Shown: positions 13,588 to 26,943, counted from the stretch's first letter. The stretch is 64,000 bases of DNA from Octopus sinensis (GCF_006345805.1 NC_042997.1:620001-684000); one strand, 5' to 3'. Notes: generated by a model from the letters alone, not told the origin. Numbers and translations are program-made.

Positions 13588-13615
13588 GGCACACACGCAA
13601 ACACACACACGCACA
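13526..13615. repeat. (CA)n microsatellite
   Basis: Directly visible. Confidence 0.95.
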
Positions 13616-13799
13616 CCTTTCAGAGATGTCTTCAGCTCTGGTGTTGAGTGATTTTTCTTTTTTTTTCTTTGGCCTTTTGTTCGAAGGTTTCTTCTATGCA
13701 GCGTCAACGAATGTCAGCGGGCGGACGACCGTCCTGCCAAATTTCCCTTTAAATACTTCCCGCTAGGCTCCAGCTTCCATATGTATATGTGCTCAAAAT

Positions 13800-13970
13800 C
13801 ACACCCACAAACACGCACACACCCACACAGACATGTATAATTGGTGAGCTTCTTTCTGTTTCCGTCCAACAGAGCCATTCACAGAGCCACTAACAGATCC
13901 GGTTCGAGGTTATAGCAAATTGCACTTGCTCAAGATGTGACACAATAGGACAGACTTCAAAACCGTATTC
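13800..13970 (-). mobile_element. SINE family B, degenerate
   Basis: Reverse complement contains GGACGGAAACAGAAAGAAGCTC and TTGAGCAAGTG..CTATAACCTCG, matching the family B core. Confidence 0.55.
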
Positions 13971-13999
13971 TTTCTACTCTACTAACAACATGCAGTCCC

Positions 14000-14471
14000 T
14001 ATAGAGACATGGATTTATCAATATGAAGATCTACGGAGGATAGTAAAATAAACTAACTTGAGTTTTTCTACACACACAGACGTTAGCCAGCAATATTAAC
14101 AGGCAAAAGTCAATACGGCACCCGATAGGATTATATATTTCTACCAACCTTATTTGAAAATTTACAACCTTTGGACAAAAGGCCAAAGAAAAAAGAAAAA
14201 AAACGCATACATTTTCAAACTAGCATGTCAGGGACACCGTATCGCGCAAACAATTACTCTAAGAACTTTATAGTTACCTTAGAGGTTGGTCTATAGCACA
14301 TGCTAACCTCCAGCCACTTAGTACAGTTAACGACTACGATTAGGTAGTAAGCGCAGTTTACCGGTCCCGCATAGTCAATGTCTAACCTAGACTATGAGTT
14401 CTCAATGTCTGGTTACGATTCATATTTTACCAGCGAGGGCTTTTCAAGACTAACACACCACACTTTTTCAC
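14000..14471 (-). mobile_element. Gypsy LTR retrotransposon integrase (rve) fragment
   Basis: Minus frame ENS*SRLDIDYAGPVNCAYYLIVVVNCTKWLEVSMCYRPTSKVTIKFLE*LFARYGVPDMLV fits the W.R.HID.AGP...LIVVD..SKW.EV...LFAR.G.P integrase core. Confidence 0.75.
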
Positions 14472-15340
14472 TGTCATGCCTGTGAATATATTCCTTCTTA
14501 GCAAGGACTGGGCAGCCAGAGATAATATGATTTATTGTCTCTTGTCCATCTCCACATATTCTGCAGTTACTTGTTATGTTTCTTTTCATTATATGTTTTT
14601 GGTAATTTCTGGTGGGGAGGCTTTGACATTGTGCTGCAATTAAAAATCCTTCAGTCTCTGCTTTGAGTCCTGAGCTTCTCAACCATCTTTCTCTGTCCGT
14701 TTATTTTGCCTTTAATTTAGCGCAGTACTTGCCATGAAGCCGTTTTTCTTGCGATCGTTTTATCATGGTCCGTTACTGTTCTAGTTTTAGCTTGGATTTC
14801 ATTTGTTCTATAGCTTATGTTGTTTTTTCTTCTTCCTATTTGTTAGGTAGTATGATTTCTTGTTTGTATTTGCCAGCTTCTTTAAATACTGAAATCAGGT
14901 TTATGTTTTGCTCGTGTTTTGTGGCTATTTTTATTGATTTTCCTTGCTTCTAAAGTAGGTATTTTTGCAGTGGTTATTTTATAATAGTTTTCCAGCTGTA
15001 TAAGTCCTCTACCACCTTCTATACTTTGTATATATAGACTTTCCATGTCAGATTTTGGGTGGTGCATCCTAGATCCTGTCATTATTTTTTCTTGTTTTAG
15101 TGTCGAATTTGGTTAGTTCATTTAGTGTCCAGTTAAGGATATTGTAACTGTAACTTATAACTGGGACGGCTAAAGTGTTAATTCCTATTATATTGTCTTA
15201 GTATTGAGCTCTGTTTTCAGTATTGATCTAACTCATCTATAGTATTCTTTCTTTATTTTCTCTTTCATTTGTGTTTGTTGTATCGTATCTGGTTCAGGGA
15301 ATCCTAAATATTTGCATATCTGGATTTGGTCTAATTTACT
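14472..15340 (-). mobile_element. R4/Dong LINE family 1, internal fragment
   Basis: ORFs 14882-15082 (MTGSRMHHPKSD..GGRGLIQLE) and 14413-14682 (LKAETEGFLIAAQ..CRICGDGQETINHIISGC..RHD); closely similar in DNA to 29870-30755. Confidence 0.9.
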
Positions 15341-15475
15341 TATTTCATTGGCTTTACCTTTTATCATTTCGCAGTCGATAAAATATGTACCAGTTAAACA
15401 CTGGGATCAATACAATCTATTCATCCCTTCTCCACCACCAAAACAATTGCTGCCCTTGTGGAAAAAATTTGTAAC
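15341..15475 (+). mobile_element. SINE family A 3' part
   Basis: GGCTTTACCTTTTATCATTTCGCAGTCGATAAAATATGTACCAGTTAAACACTGGGATC..., running into (ATT)n. Confidence 0.6.
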
Positions 15476-15538
<63 letters not shown>

Positions 15539-15555
15539 GTTATTATTATTATTAA

Positions 15556-15624
<69 letters not shown>

Positions 15625-15635
15625 CATTATTATTA

Positions 15636-15677
<42 letters not shown>
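15476..15677. repeat. (ATT)n microsatellite, i.e. (AAT)n on minus
   Basis: Directly visible; forms the 3' tail or target of the adjacent minus-strand LINE. Confidence 0.95.
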
Positions 15678-15678
<1 letters not shown>

Positions 15679-15689
15679 TTTTTTTTTTC

Positions 15690-17948
15690 TTCTTTCAAAT
15701 TTTCTTCCATTTCTTGCCGAGTGTCTTCCCGACTCCTAGGGCAAAGAAACTCATAGTGTATATTGGTAGGCCATTAAACCAAACTCAGTAGTTCGTTCAT
15801 TTTTTTTTTTTTTTTTTAAAGTTAAATTAAAATACATGAGCAGCAACAGTTCTCACATCGACAATGCTCTTCTCAATACGTGTGATGTACCAGTTAAGAC
15901 AATCTTTTGCACTTCTTGCAGGGATGGTAAGCCAGGGATCATTCTCATATAATTTTCGGTTCCCTTCGTGATCATTCCTAGTGCTCCTACGATCACTGGT
16001 ATTGTAACCGCCTTGAGATGCCATATTTTCTCAATTTCAATGAGTAGGTCTTTATATTTTCTGAGCTTGTCAAACTCTTTCGCTGAGATATTATGATCAC
16101 AGGGGATGCTCATGTCGATCAATAAGCAAACTTTATTGTTTTGGTCTTTCACAACAATATCTGGTTTATTGGCCTTGATGGTTCGGTCTGTATGTACTGG
16201 AAAGTCCCACAGAATGGTTACATTTTCTACTTCAGTTACAGCCTCAGGGTGGTGATTATACCACTTGTCGGCAGTTTTGATATTGTAATGCCGACTTATT
16301 AGCCAGTGGAGATATTGGCCAACTCTGTCATGTCTTAATTTATACTCCACTGGTGCTAAAACTTTACATCCAGAGATTAGGTGGTCCACTGTTTCAATCA
16401 TGTCGTTGCAGAATCGGCATTTTGGTCTGCTCCATTTTTCATCACATTGGCCTGGTAGTTCCGGGTTAATAGGCTTTGTCTTGAGCAGCCAGGATGAAAC
16501 CTTCGCTCTCTGCTTTTAGCCCTGAGCTCCGCAGCCACTGATGGTTTGCTTCTGGTCAACATCAGCTTGTTTGCTGCGGGTCACATATTTGCCGTGCAGA
16601 GGTTTCTCCTCCCACCTATCAGCCAATTGCTCGTGCGCTTTTTTCATTGCCATCATTTTCACCTTCTTTGCAACAATAGTTGCCGTACTTCCCTCGGGTT
16701 GTTCAGTTTGGGTATCCTGCACGAGATCAATAGCAATTTTTTTGCTTTCCTTGATGATAGAATGAAGCTTCTTTCGTCTCTCGTGATTTTCCACGAGCTT
16801 AGCATCCAGTCATTCGATATTTCGAGATATTTGGCCAGTCCAATTGTGGTTGTTTTGTAAGCTAGTTCAAATTGGATCAGGCCTCGACCTCCTTGGGCTC
16901 TGGGAAGGTAAAGGCGATCTACGTCTGCCTTTGGGTGGTGCATCCTATTACAACTCAGCAGCTTGCGTATTTTTCTATCTATATTCTTTACTTCACTCAT
17001 ATTCCAGTTCAACACATTGTAGCTATAAGTAACAACTGGAACTGCTAAGGAATTTATAGCTAACACCTTGTTACGTGCATTTAGTTCAGATTTCAGGACT
17101 GCACGAACTCTCCTATAACATTCCTTCCTGATTTTCTCTTTCATGCTTGCATGCTGAATACCAGAGCCTTCATTTATCCCTAAATATTTGTATGTCTGTT
17201 CTTGCTCAAGCTCTCTTATGACTGTGTCAACATCTAACACGACTGAATTTGTGGTCTTCACTTCCCTTTCTGGAAAGTGGCCTTGGCACACTTCTCAAGT
17301 CCAAACTCCATCCGATGTCATCGCTGAATGCTTTCACGGTGCGCAATAGGCCTTCAAGTTCATTATTATCTTTACCATAAAGTTTTAAGTCATCCATATA
17401 AAATAGATGGCTTATTTTTTTATTGGCAATTTTATACCCATACCCTGTTCTGTTTAATTCACTTGTAAGGGGTATTAGGGCTATGCAGAATATTAAAGGT
17501 GAAAGTGAGTCACCTTGAAAAATTCCACAGTTGATGTTATATTTTCTGAGGCAAGTACTCCATTAGAGTGGTATAATTGGAGATTCGTATTCCACAACGG
17601 CATATTGTTGCTTCAGGAAGTTTGAAATCACAGGGGAAATTTTAAAGATGTCCAGCGATCTCAAGATCCATGGATGCGGTATACTGTCGAAGGCCTTTTT
17701 ATAGTCAATCCATGCGGTGCTGAGATTTCTGCGCTTGTGTGTGACAGTTCTCAAGGATCATACGATTGATTAGCAGTTGATCTTTGCATCCGTAAGAGCC
17801 TCGGCGGCACCCTTTTTGTTCAATGGGGAAAATATCGTTCTTCTCCATGAATGCATGTTTTCTCCGCCAGGATAGATGTTAGGATTTTATACGTGGTGGA
17901 TAGACAGGTTATAGGCCGATAGTTTTTTGGAAGGTTGGTTTCGTTATT
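15690..17948 (-). mobile_element. R4/Dong LINE family 2, 5'-truncated (RT to 3' UTR), frameshifted
   Basis: NYRPITCL, AWIDYKKAFDSIPH, GIFQGDSLSP, YMDDLK, YKYLG, MHHPKADVDRLY, LHGKY, ETVDHLISGC, RHD, KPDIVV, LIDMSIP, KLRKYKDL; bounded by (AAT)n at both ends. Confidence 0.9.
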
Positions 17949-17949
17949 C

Positions 17950-18007
<58 letters not shown>

Positions 18008-18053
18008 TATTATTATTATTATTATCATTATTATTATTATTATTATTATTATT
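17949..18053. repeat. (ATT)n microsatellite at the 5' junction of family 2
   Basis: Directly visible. Confidence 0.95.
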
Positions 18054-18149
18054 AGCAGTATCAAAAATGAAGAATGTCATTGTTATAAAGCAAATTGTAT
18101 TTCAACATCTCGTGTCTCTTCCGCAGGTTAAAAAAATAAACATGTCAAT

Positions 18150-19022
18150 CTACTTCATTTTGGTAATATTTATAGAATTTGTTCTAAACAGGTGATTAGG
18201 TATTTTCCTCGTGTCTTTTGATCTTACCTCCACTCGCTTTGATCTTTTGTTTTAACATATCCAATAAAAATAGTGTCCTTATCCACCAGGTAGCATTTCC
18301 TATTCTTGTAATCCTGTTCCCTTTCATTGAGTCTGGTATTTCCTCTCCTTACTTTCCTCGATCTTATTTACATCCTTCTGCCATGTTTCGATGCTTTATT
18401 TTATTCCCATTTTCTAGAATGGTGCTTTCTTTCTGTTCACTTTCTTTTCCCTAAACATTCCTACCTTTTCTGCGATGACGTAAACGGTGACATACACCAA
18501 GGAATTTAACTTAGTGATATCTTTAATTGGAATTCTCATGACTACTTCATTCACTTTCCTGAGTTCTGGTCTTAGCTTTGATCTATCTCATGACTACAGT
18601 GATGACAACCTTTTCCTTTTATCACGTAATATTACTTCCAGAAGTCTGTCGCGGACATTTGTTAGTTCTGGGATAATTTCTTCCGGTGGCTTTCTAGTTG
18701 GAGGTACACTAACACCTTCTAAATATTGTCGATACCCTCACTCCATTCTCCAACTTCGTCGATTCCCCTGTTCTATGTGTATTCTTCTCTGGACAAATTG
18801 TTCCTCGTAGTTCCTTTCTCACTTCCAATATAATCATCTCTTGTTCCAACTTCTCTAATCACATTTTGGTCATCATTTGTTTAATCTGATCAGTCAATCT
18901 TTGTTCCCTCACATCCTTCAGCTCTTCATATGGATATTTTTTCCGGAGATCTATTAAATTTTTCCCATATCATCTTTTCTCTGGTTCATTACTAATAACA
19001 TTCAAGCAACAATTTGTTGTTT
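18150..19022 (-). mobile_element. R4/Dong LINE N-terminal region (family 4), degenerate
   Basis: Minus translation includes W.KENNKLLLE, EQRLTDQIK and LKQKIKASGGKIKRHEEN, comparable to LKQDILAKAQRIRRY in the 28.3-kb copy. Confidence 0.6.
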
Positions 19023-19042
19023 TCTTTTGCCCATTTATTAAT

Positions 19043-19181
19043 TTCTTCTTCTTCTTCTTCTTCTTCTTCTTCTTCTTCTTCTTCTTCTTCTTCTTCTTCT
19101 TCTTCTTCTTCTTCTTCTTCTTCTTCTTCTTCTTCTTCTTCTTCTTCTTCTTCTCTTCTTCTTCTTCTTCTTCTTCTTCTT

Positions 19182-19210
<29 letters not shown>
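19043..19210. repeat. (TTC)n microsatellite, i.e. (GAA)n on minus
   Basis: Directly visible; sits where the family 3 tail is expected. Confidence 0.95.
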
Positions 19211-19212
<2 letters not shown>

Positions 19213-19214
19213 TT

Positions 19215-20670
19215 TTATGATTGACTTTTGCTTTACATTTCTACAAGTAGGCTCCATGTCTTACCCAGAGACCCCAAGAGACAACAAATATGAAGTTCCT
19301 GTTGGTGTCATGCCTAGGGCGCCATGTATTTGATTTTGTACATAGTGTTGTTCTAGAGAATGTTTAAGAAACCATAAGAAAATTATGTTTGTTTTAAAAT
19401 TTGAGATTACATTGAAAGTATTTTGCGTAGGATATCAGTAGTTCTCATGTGTACTATCTTTTGAATTTCTGCCATTTTGGGGTTTCCTGGTATCAGAGCT
19501 AGGTAGCATTCAGTCCCTTTGCTATCATTCCTAGGTCACTTATGACAACAGGATTTGTTTTAGTCTTCAGGATCCACATTTTACTAGTTTCTATTTCAAG
19601 ATCTATATACTTGCTCAGATTTTGGTAGGTCTTGACAGATACGTTTATATCGATTGGGACAGTCATATCAATGAGGAGGCATGATTTTTGCCTGAAGTCT
19701 TTCAGTATGATGTATGGCCTATTTGCATCTATCTTTCTGTCAGTTTGTATGGTGAAGTTCCAGAGGAGTGAGTTGTGATTATTTACAAGCACTGGAGGTG
19801 GTTTATGTTCCCACCAGTTTTTATCACGGGGTAAGTCCAGGTTTTTGCAAATTTCCCAGTGAATATATTGTGCAGCTCTATCATGCCTGTTCAGATAATC
19901 TATAAGCGCAAAAAGACTGTACATGGAGACAAAATAATCAATGGTTTCATTTTGTTGTTGACACACCCAAAATGTTGGGAAGCTGCCGTTCTTTAATATG
20001 TTGGCCTGGTACTTTCTTGTAGGTAGGCATTGATCTTGGGCTGCTATTTTTATTGACATTTATCAGTCAGAATATCTAAAGCAGCAGTTTTGGCACGGGT
20101 TTCCATGTGATTAGCTTTTTCTGCGCTTGTTTCTAATACGCCTAATTCTGGAAGTTGTTATATTTGTAATTCACTTAGATATTCCTTTGCCTGTTTTGTT
20201 ACCGAGTATGATGCATTCTTGTTTACATGCTTTGAGACAAGTTTTAGCATCCAGTCCTCAGAGATTTTCAGGTAGGTGTCTAGGCCAATTGTGGCAATCT
20301 GCATTGTTAATGCCAGTTGTAAAAGTCCACACCTCCCTCTTTTGTTGGCAGATAAAGTCGTTCTATATCTGCCTTAGAATGGTGCCTTCTATGCATTGTC
20401 TACAGTTAACATATTTCAAGATTATATATTTCAGTAATTGACCAGATAATGATATTGAAACTCGTATGGTAAAAGCATTGATCGCTTCGATCCTGTTTCT
20501 TGCATTCAGCTCAGTCTTAAGTGTTGCTCTCACCCTGCAATAAAAGTATCTTCTGATCATTTCCCTCATCACTGAATGCCTTATTACGTCTCCTTCAAGT
20601 ACCCCAGGGTATTTGTAGCTCTCCACTGGTTCTAAGTCTTTTATGACATTCTGCTGGTCAAGGTTAACGT
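19215..20670 (-). mobile_element. R4/Dong LINE family 3, 5'-truncated, with 3' UTR
   Basis: ESYKYPGVLEGD, LKTELNARNRIEAIN, AAQDQCLPTR, RHDRAAQYIHWEIC, LLWNFTIQTDRKIDANRPYI, LIDMTVP. Confidence 0.85.
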
Positions 20671-20674
20671 TGCA

Positions 20675-20882
20675 TTTGTATTTGATGTAATTGGTTCTGA
20701 ATGCTTGTTCTTGGACAGCACAGATTAGAGCCTCCGTTCCCAGTTTTAAAGCTTTTTTCTCTGTCTGTCATATCTTCAACATCCCTATGGAATTGACAAT
20801 GCATTTCTCTGTTTATCTTCCTATTTTCAGTTTCATTTATTCTCAAGTCCTTGTATAGTGCTTTATCATGGCAAACTTCCAG
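20675..20882 (-). mobile_element. R4/Dong LINE family X, downstream piece
   Basis: EMHCQFHRDVEDM..LKLGTEALICAVQEQAFRTNYIK; continues the piece at 22073-23060. Confidence 0.7.
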
Positions 20883-22072
20883 GATCTTTTCCTTTCGATG
20901 GACGGAATTTTCTAGTTAACTAAACAATTTGAAAGGTAGAATGTGTCAAAAGAAAACATTATTGTAAACAAAATTGAAAACAAAATTGTAATTTGTAAGT
21001 TTAACGTAGTTTAATTCTTCGAATTTTAACCAATGAAATCCTAGCATTTGAGCTCAAATCATTTGCTGCGTCTAAAAACTCACACACACACGTCTTATTC
21101 ATCCTTCTCTCTTCTGTCTTATGTCTTCTGCATGTGCTACAAATAACAGCTATACCTCTTAAATCGATGAATTTCGTCGCCCAATAAAAATATTAACGAT
21201 ATTTTTTAAATATTTTTTTTTACCGAAAAGGCTTCTCCCATGGTTTTGAAGGGCCAGTAACAAAAAAAAACAAAACAATAATATGCCTAAAGCGGTCTAG
21301 AGTTTGCGCGTGGAGTGTGAGTCATATTGTAAAAATTTGCGAAATATTTTTTTCATAAAAGGATGCCCCATCTTGTCGGAAACTGTGATATAAATTGGGA
21401 AAAAAATCTTCGACACCAGTGCGTAATTGGTACTTAATTTATCGACCCCGAAACGATGAAACATTGACCCCCCCCTTCTGGTATATTTACCTTTTGTGTA
21501 AATTTGTTGCGGCAAGGGGCAATCACAGAGGGGACAAAGCATGAGATAACAAAAGTATTAAGTCGATTCTATCGACACCAGTGCGAACACACGAACGTGT
21601 ATGTATGCTTGTGTGCGTATATGTGTGTATGTATATCTCCGTTTGTATGTGTGTGTATGTTTATATATTAATTACTATGTGCTTGTGCAAATGTATATGC
21701 TTGTGTTTGAGAGAGAGACAGAGAGAGAGAGTGACAGAGAGAGTGTGTGTGTGTGCAAGTGTACGTGTGTATGTATCTGAATATATGTGTGTGTGTGTGT
21801 ATGCGGCATGCGTCTGCTATGTTTCTTTACCAGTATCGATAACGCAGCAAATGATTTGAGCTCAAATGCTGGGATTTCATTGGTTAAAATTCGAAGATTC
21901 TGGGATTTCATTTGTTAAAATTCGAAGAATTAAACTACGTTAAACTTACAAATTACAATTTTGTTATCAATTTTGTTTACAATAATGTTTTCGTTTGACA
22001 CATTCTACCAGTATACGAAGTTTCAAATTTTTTAGTTAACTAGAAAATTCCGTCCATCAAAAGGAAAAGATC
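20883..22072. mobile_element. 1.19-kb insert bounded by ~190-bp inverted repeats, interrupting a Dong LINE
   Basis: 20883-21071 is the reverse complement of 21842-22072, apart from a ~31-bp tandem duplication and a ~12-bp insertion in the right arm. GATC occurs at both outer ends. Confidence 0.8.
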
Positions 22073-23060
22073 TACCTTTCATTCTACATAATCGTGACTT
22101 CTTAATTTCAATAATAGTGGTTCTGTGGCATTTTTTGCATCCCATGCTAGGTTGTTTTCTTCTGCTCTAATGCTGTGTTCGGATCGAGTCAGTCGTCTTC
22201 GTAATCTTTTTCTTGGTACTTACATTCTCTCTGTATCACTTTTTGGGTGGAGTAACCTATATCTAGTCAGCAACTTCCTTGCCTTTCTGTCTAAGTTGTT
22301 TAGTTCGTCTACTGTCCATGCGATTACTCCTGCTCAATATCTAAGTAGTGAACTCGCCCAGGTATTGATAGCTTCAGTCTCATTCTATCCATTTAATTTC
22401 GACTTAAGGATCAGTTCAGTCTGCGCAAGTACTCCACCTTAAATTTTTCTGTCATTTTTTTCTCCATCAATAAATTGGAATTACTTGTAACCCGTCTCTT
22501 CCATCAGCTTCTTAACCTATCCCGATGGTATCGCTAGCCTGTCTATACATACAGCATTTTTTCTGTCCGAACTCCATTCTGATATCAGCACCGTATCACC
22601 GAGGGAACTGACTTGGGATTCATCTTTACCATGAATAACAAGTGGTTGACTTTTGTTGGCGACTTTTGAAAACATACCCAGCCTTTGCTTTCCTCAGAAT
22701 CAGTGCTAGTGGTATCATGCACAGTACAAATGTCAGTGGGGACAGGCAGTCTCCTTGGAAGATGCCGCACCTGATTTCTATTTTCCCGAAAATTGTTCCG
22801 TTTGCGGTCAGTTCCTGCTCAAATGTTCCTTGAATACGGGTTTTTTAAAGTATATAGAACGAAATACGAACGTCTCCAGAGGTGGTTTATTCAAAATCCA
22901 AAGTCGTCCTCTCAGCTGATGGCTATGATGCTCTCACAGTACTTCTACTCGGGATCAGTGATGCACATATCGTCAGTCACCAAAGGACATGCTCGACTTG
23001 TTAAGGTCAAACAACTGACAAGAAAATCTGTGGTATTGAGCAGAATATTTCTTGTAGCTC
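22073..23060 (-). mobile_element. R4/Dong LINE family X, RT region, degenerate
   Basis: KVEIRCGIFQGDCLSPLTFVLCMIPLALILRKAKAGY, KVNHLLFM, then EKFKVEYLRR..LDRKARKLL..HPKSDTER.Y. Confidence 0.75.
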
Positions 23061-23559
23061 ATCTGCTATATCAAAGATAAAACATGCACACGATAATACT
23101 TTCCAATCAGTTAAGATCAGAAGAATTGACAGCCGGTGCCTGGTTCTGTATCAAGGCATTTATTAGTATTGTTGTTATCATCATGATTATGAAAATTGGC
23201 GGTGAAGTGTGATGACGTTCGTAAGGAGAATCCGACTGATCCGACTGATCTGTTTCAGAAATCCTTAGCGTAGTATTGAAAACCTGGACGGGAGGGTACA
23301 TTTTCAGTTCTAAATAAACTCTACACAATCTGTCATGCGTAGCATGGATCTGACTATGGGCTGAGCCCATTGCGAAGCTCCTCTCATGGCCTGCTTTTGG
23401 TCGGGAAAGAAGGAAACGGTTATCCTTCTAGCTGTCCTGACATATGAGATATTTTGCAGACTGGATTGAAAGGGATGAAGAGAGACATCTTCCTGTTTTA
23501 CCTTATACCCAATATGTTTTCAAGTTTCACTAGTAAATGGTAATTGAAATTGAATATAT

Positions 23560-23645
<86 letters not shown>

Positions 23646-23649
23646 GGAG

Positions 23650-23975
23650 AGCGGGTGGGAGTGAGGTGCTGCCTCCCAGCTGATCCAGTGAAAGTTCGAT
23701 GAAAGTAGTGACCATGTGACCATGTCCGTGCATGGTCCTGTAGCGAGGATGTACCCGTTGATTGAAATACTACAATGGGAAAAAAGCACTTTCATTAACA
23801 GTCATGGTGACCGTGTCTTTGTGGAGTCCTCACCAGTTGTAAAGCCTTCCTGCTTGGAGACATTATTCACTTTTGGAATGTATTGGTATAGTTACTCTAT
23901 TGTTTACACGCTTTTCCATATTATTCCATATTGCATCGCCCTGTACATTTGGTTGACGATAAACTATGAAGTAAT
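23650..23975 (+). mobile_element. Possible L1/Tx1 3' terminus and 3' UTR
   Basis: EVLPPS*SSE..MKVVTM resembles the Tx1 C-terminal ER.VL.PS.F..RW.KV; followed by a T-rich UTR ending near an AATAAA-like signal. Weak. Confidence 0.3.
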
Positions 23976-25060
23976 ATTTGATTTTACAATGATTAAATGT
24001 TATACACATTGTAAATTGCTCTGCAAATAAAGAATAGATTTCAAATTTATGAAATAGTTTAAGCTTACATAGTTGAAATGTATTTATATAACAGTTAAAA
24101 TTTAATTAATTTTAAGAGAATATTTAGTATCTGTTTTATTTTAATTTAGAGTGATATATACTATTATATGGTTTAAAGTTCAAGATAAGATCAACCTGTT
24201 TGATTATATCTTAATGTTAGTTATGTTTCTAAGAAATGCCTAATAAGTTTTGAGTGTAACAGATTTGAAATTGCTATAATAATTATTCCGACGTGTAATA
24301 GTAAATTATGTGTTACGAATTGATTGTTTTCGCAAGGGCTGATGGCTTTATATGATATGTAGTATTTAATTACTTTCATTTCAGCAATTTCGAACACACA
24401 AATAAGAACTGATACAAAGATACAAAAATACTATATTTCGAATTATTGCTACGAATTACAATCACTTTCGTACTGAGTAGTGAAATCAATGTGCCCTCTC
24501 ACCAAAGTTTTCAGAACAGTTATCTCTGGTATGTATGTAACTTAAAAGCCATCTCAGTCTTTCGGGTATATATAAACTATCACGTTATTTGAGTAGGGGA
24601 AATATTGCTCTGGAACGAGTATTAGTATTTTCTAAACCCTAGCGTAAGAAAATAGGTAAATCCATGCAGTTAAGGAAACATTAAAGATTAGTTCAATGAT
24701 GTATGGCTTGAGCAATCCAAGGAGCCAATCACTTGCGATTGGCTAATAACTATTTTCTAAATTAGAAAACGCGTTGACAGTTCTCTAACGATATATGAGG
24801 TTTCTGAATTAATAAAAATAATGAAATAATGACAAAGTAAAAATTCCATTGAAGGGATATACTTGTGTTGAAAATATATGTTCTGGAAAGAAAAAGGGAA
24901 AAGAAACAATTCATAAAGATCATGTAATATTATAGACTTTCAGAAATCTATATCTAATATACATATACATACATATATAGCCACCCACATACATGAATAC
25001 AAGCATACAAACATATGCGTGTGTATGTGTGAGTATATGTATTTATCTTATGCATATGTT

Positions 25061-25124
<64 letters not shown>

Positions 25125-25425
25125 GTATGTGTATACATACATACACCACTATGTAAGATCCACGCATACGCATACATTTGAGTGTACTTCTGTGTAGGAT
25201 GTGCATGTGTGTCTCTGTGTGTATTTAAGCGTACATATGTTGTATCTTACATTTCCTACATTTGTTACTCTTTATAGCTTCAAAGACTGTGAGAAAAGAT
25301 ATATTTCATAGAAATGTACTTTCAACTAAAAATGAAGAAAAAGAAGAATAACTGTATTTTATGTATTCATTTTATATATATATATATATATACTTTTATA
25401 TATATGTGTATATATATATACATAG

Positions 25426-25466
<41 letters not shown>

Positions 25467-26943
25467 TACTTATGTAAATAAGTGTAGGTAGGTGCGTGGG
25501 TGTGTGTATGCCTGTATTTGTGTGTGTATGTCTTCGTCTTCGTGTATGTGTGAATTTATATATCTGGAACATTCGAAATTTAAATTTCCACTGTTTGCTT
25601 GCATTAGTCTGATGAAAAAAATATATAGTAGCTTGGTTACTGAAATTAGCATGAGATTCACTTCAGTCTCGTGCACACATTTAAATCTGTACACAAATCA
25701 ATATGCACATGCACTCACACGTACGCACGCGCACACACACACACACATACAAACACACACACACACACACACACATATCGCTGTTATGTAGAAGAACAAA
25801 TAGTTGAACAATTCAAAAGAGAAAAATAAGCTGCGAGATATCATTGGTAATTTTTCATTTTTCATATGATGTAAGTGGGAAATGTATAAGATATGTACGT
25901 ATATAAATAACACCAGAAAAAAAAAACAGAAGACCGATACAAAATATATCCGAAGAGTGATTTGGCAGGGGTTCCCTTTTTTGTTCTACGGTGTAGATGT
26001 TTTAACAATAATAATTATGGATCGATGATAATAGGGAGACTTACAAAAATAGAATAGTGTTAATGGGGAATAATTTCACCTAAGAACAGAGTAAATGGAT
26101 TACAAGAAAGTACTAGAGCTAAATTAGCTCTTTAATAGGCGTACACATGTATACATCGGTATACATAAACACATATACTATACAAATGAAGACGAGTGCG
26201 CGTACAGACATACGTATATGTATGTGTATACACATACGTGTACGCGCTCATATAATATATATATATATATATGAATGCTTGTGTATATTATGTACACACA
26301 CTCACATACACCTACACACACACGCACACACTCACACACACATATTGATCCTGAGTTGGTAAGGTAGAAAAATGGTTCATGTACTTTTTGACAGGTAGAA
26401 ATGAATTTATTATTGATTTGGAAATATACTGAATTTTCTGGACAGGTGAGCAACGAATAGTTTTAAATAAAAGAACAGAAAAATGAAAGTATTTTTACAT
26501 CCACATTATGTCACGAGTGCACCTATGTCCATGTTGCACCTATATTTCTAAAATAACCGTTAAAGCTGTGTAATAGTCATCTCGCACTCCATTGAAAGCA
26601 TGTATACGTTAAATTTTGAAACTTTATGGTTGTATTTTTAAGCATATTGAAATGCGCAGTATTCCTAGATGTTAGTGGAGTGTATTACCTCCCTCACGTT
26701 TTTCGATTTACCTCTGAGACATACCCCGCTACACAATTATGTATATATATGTATGAAATAGACGACAAGCAAAGGGAGGCAACGAAAGGTGGGAAATCTT
26801 CAAAGAAGAGCGAAGAATGGTTCAAATAAGTTGTTCTTTCCGTTTGCTTGATTATATGGATCCACAGTGTGCAGAGATACCACTTACTAATAAGTGGGAG
26901 ATAGGATGGCACCAATACCTCTCATACCCTAAATATATATATG

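Noticed and set aside
24385-24528. Candidate + strand exon with a good acceptor and a GTATGT donor; similar lone acceptors near 13174, 34150, 37418 and 44643
   Set aside because: Stops occur in all frames or no recognisable peptide results. Such signals are expected by chance in AT-rich DNA, though a non-coding or UTR exon cannot be excluded without RNA data.
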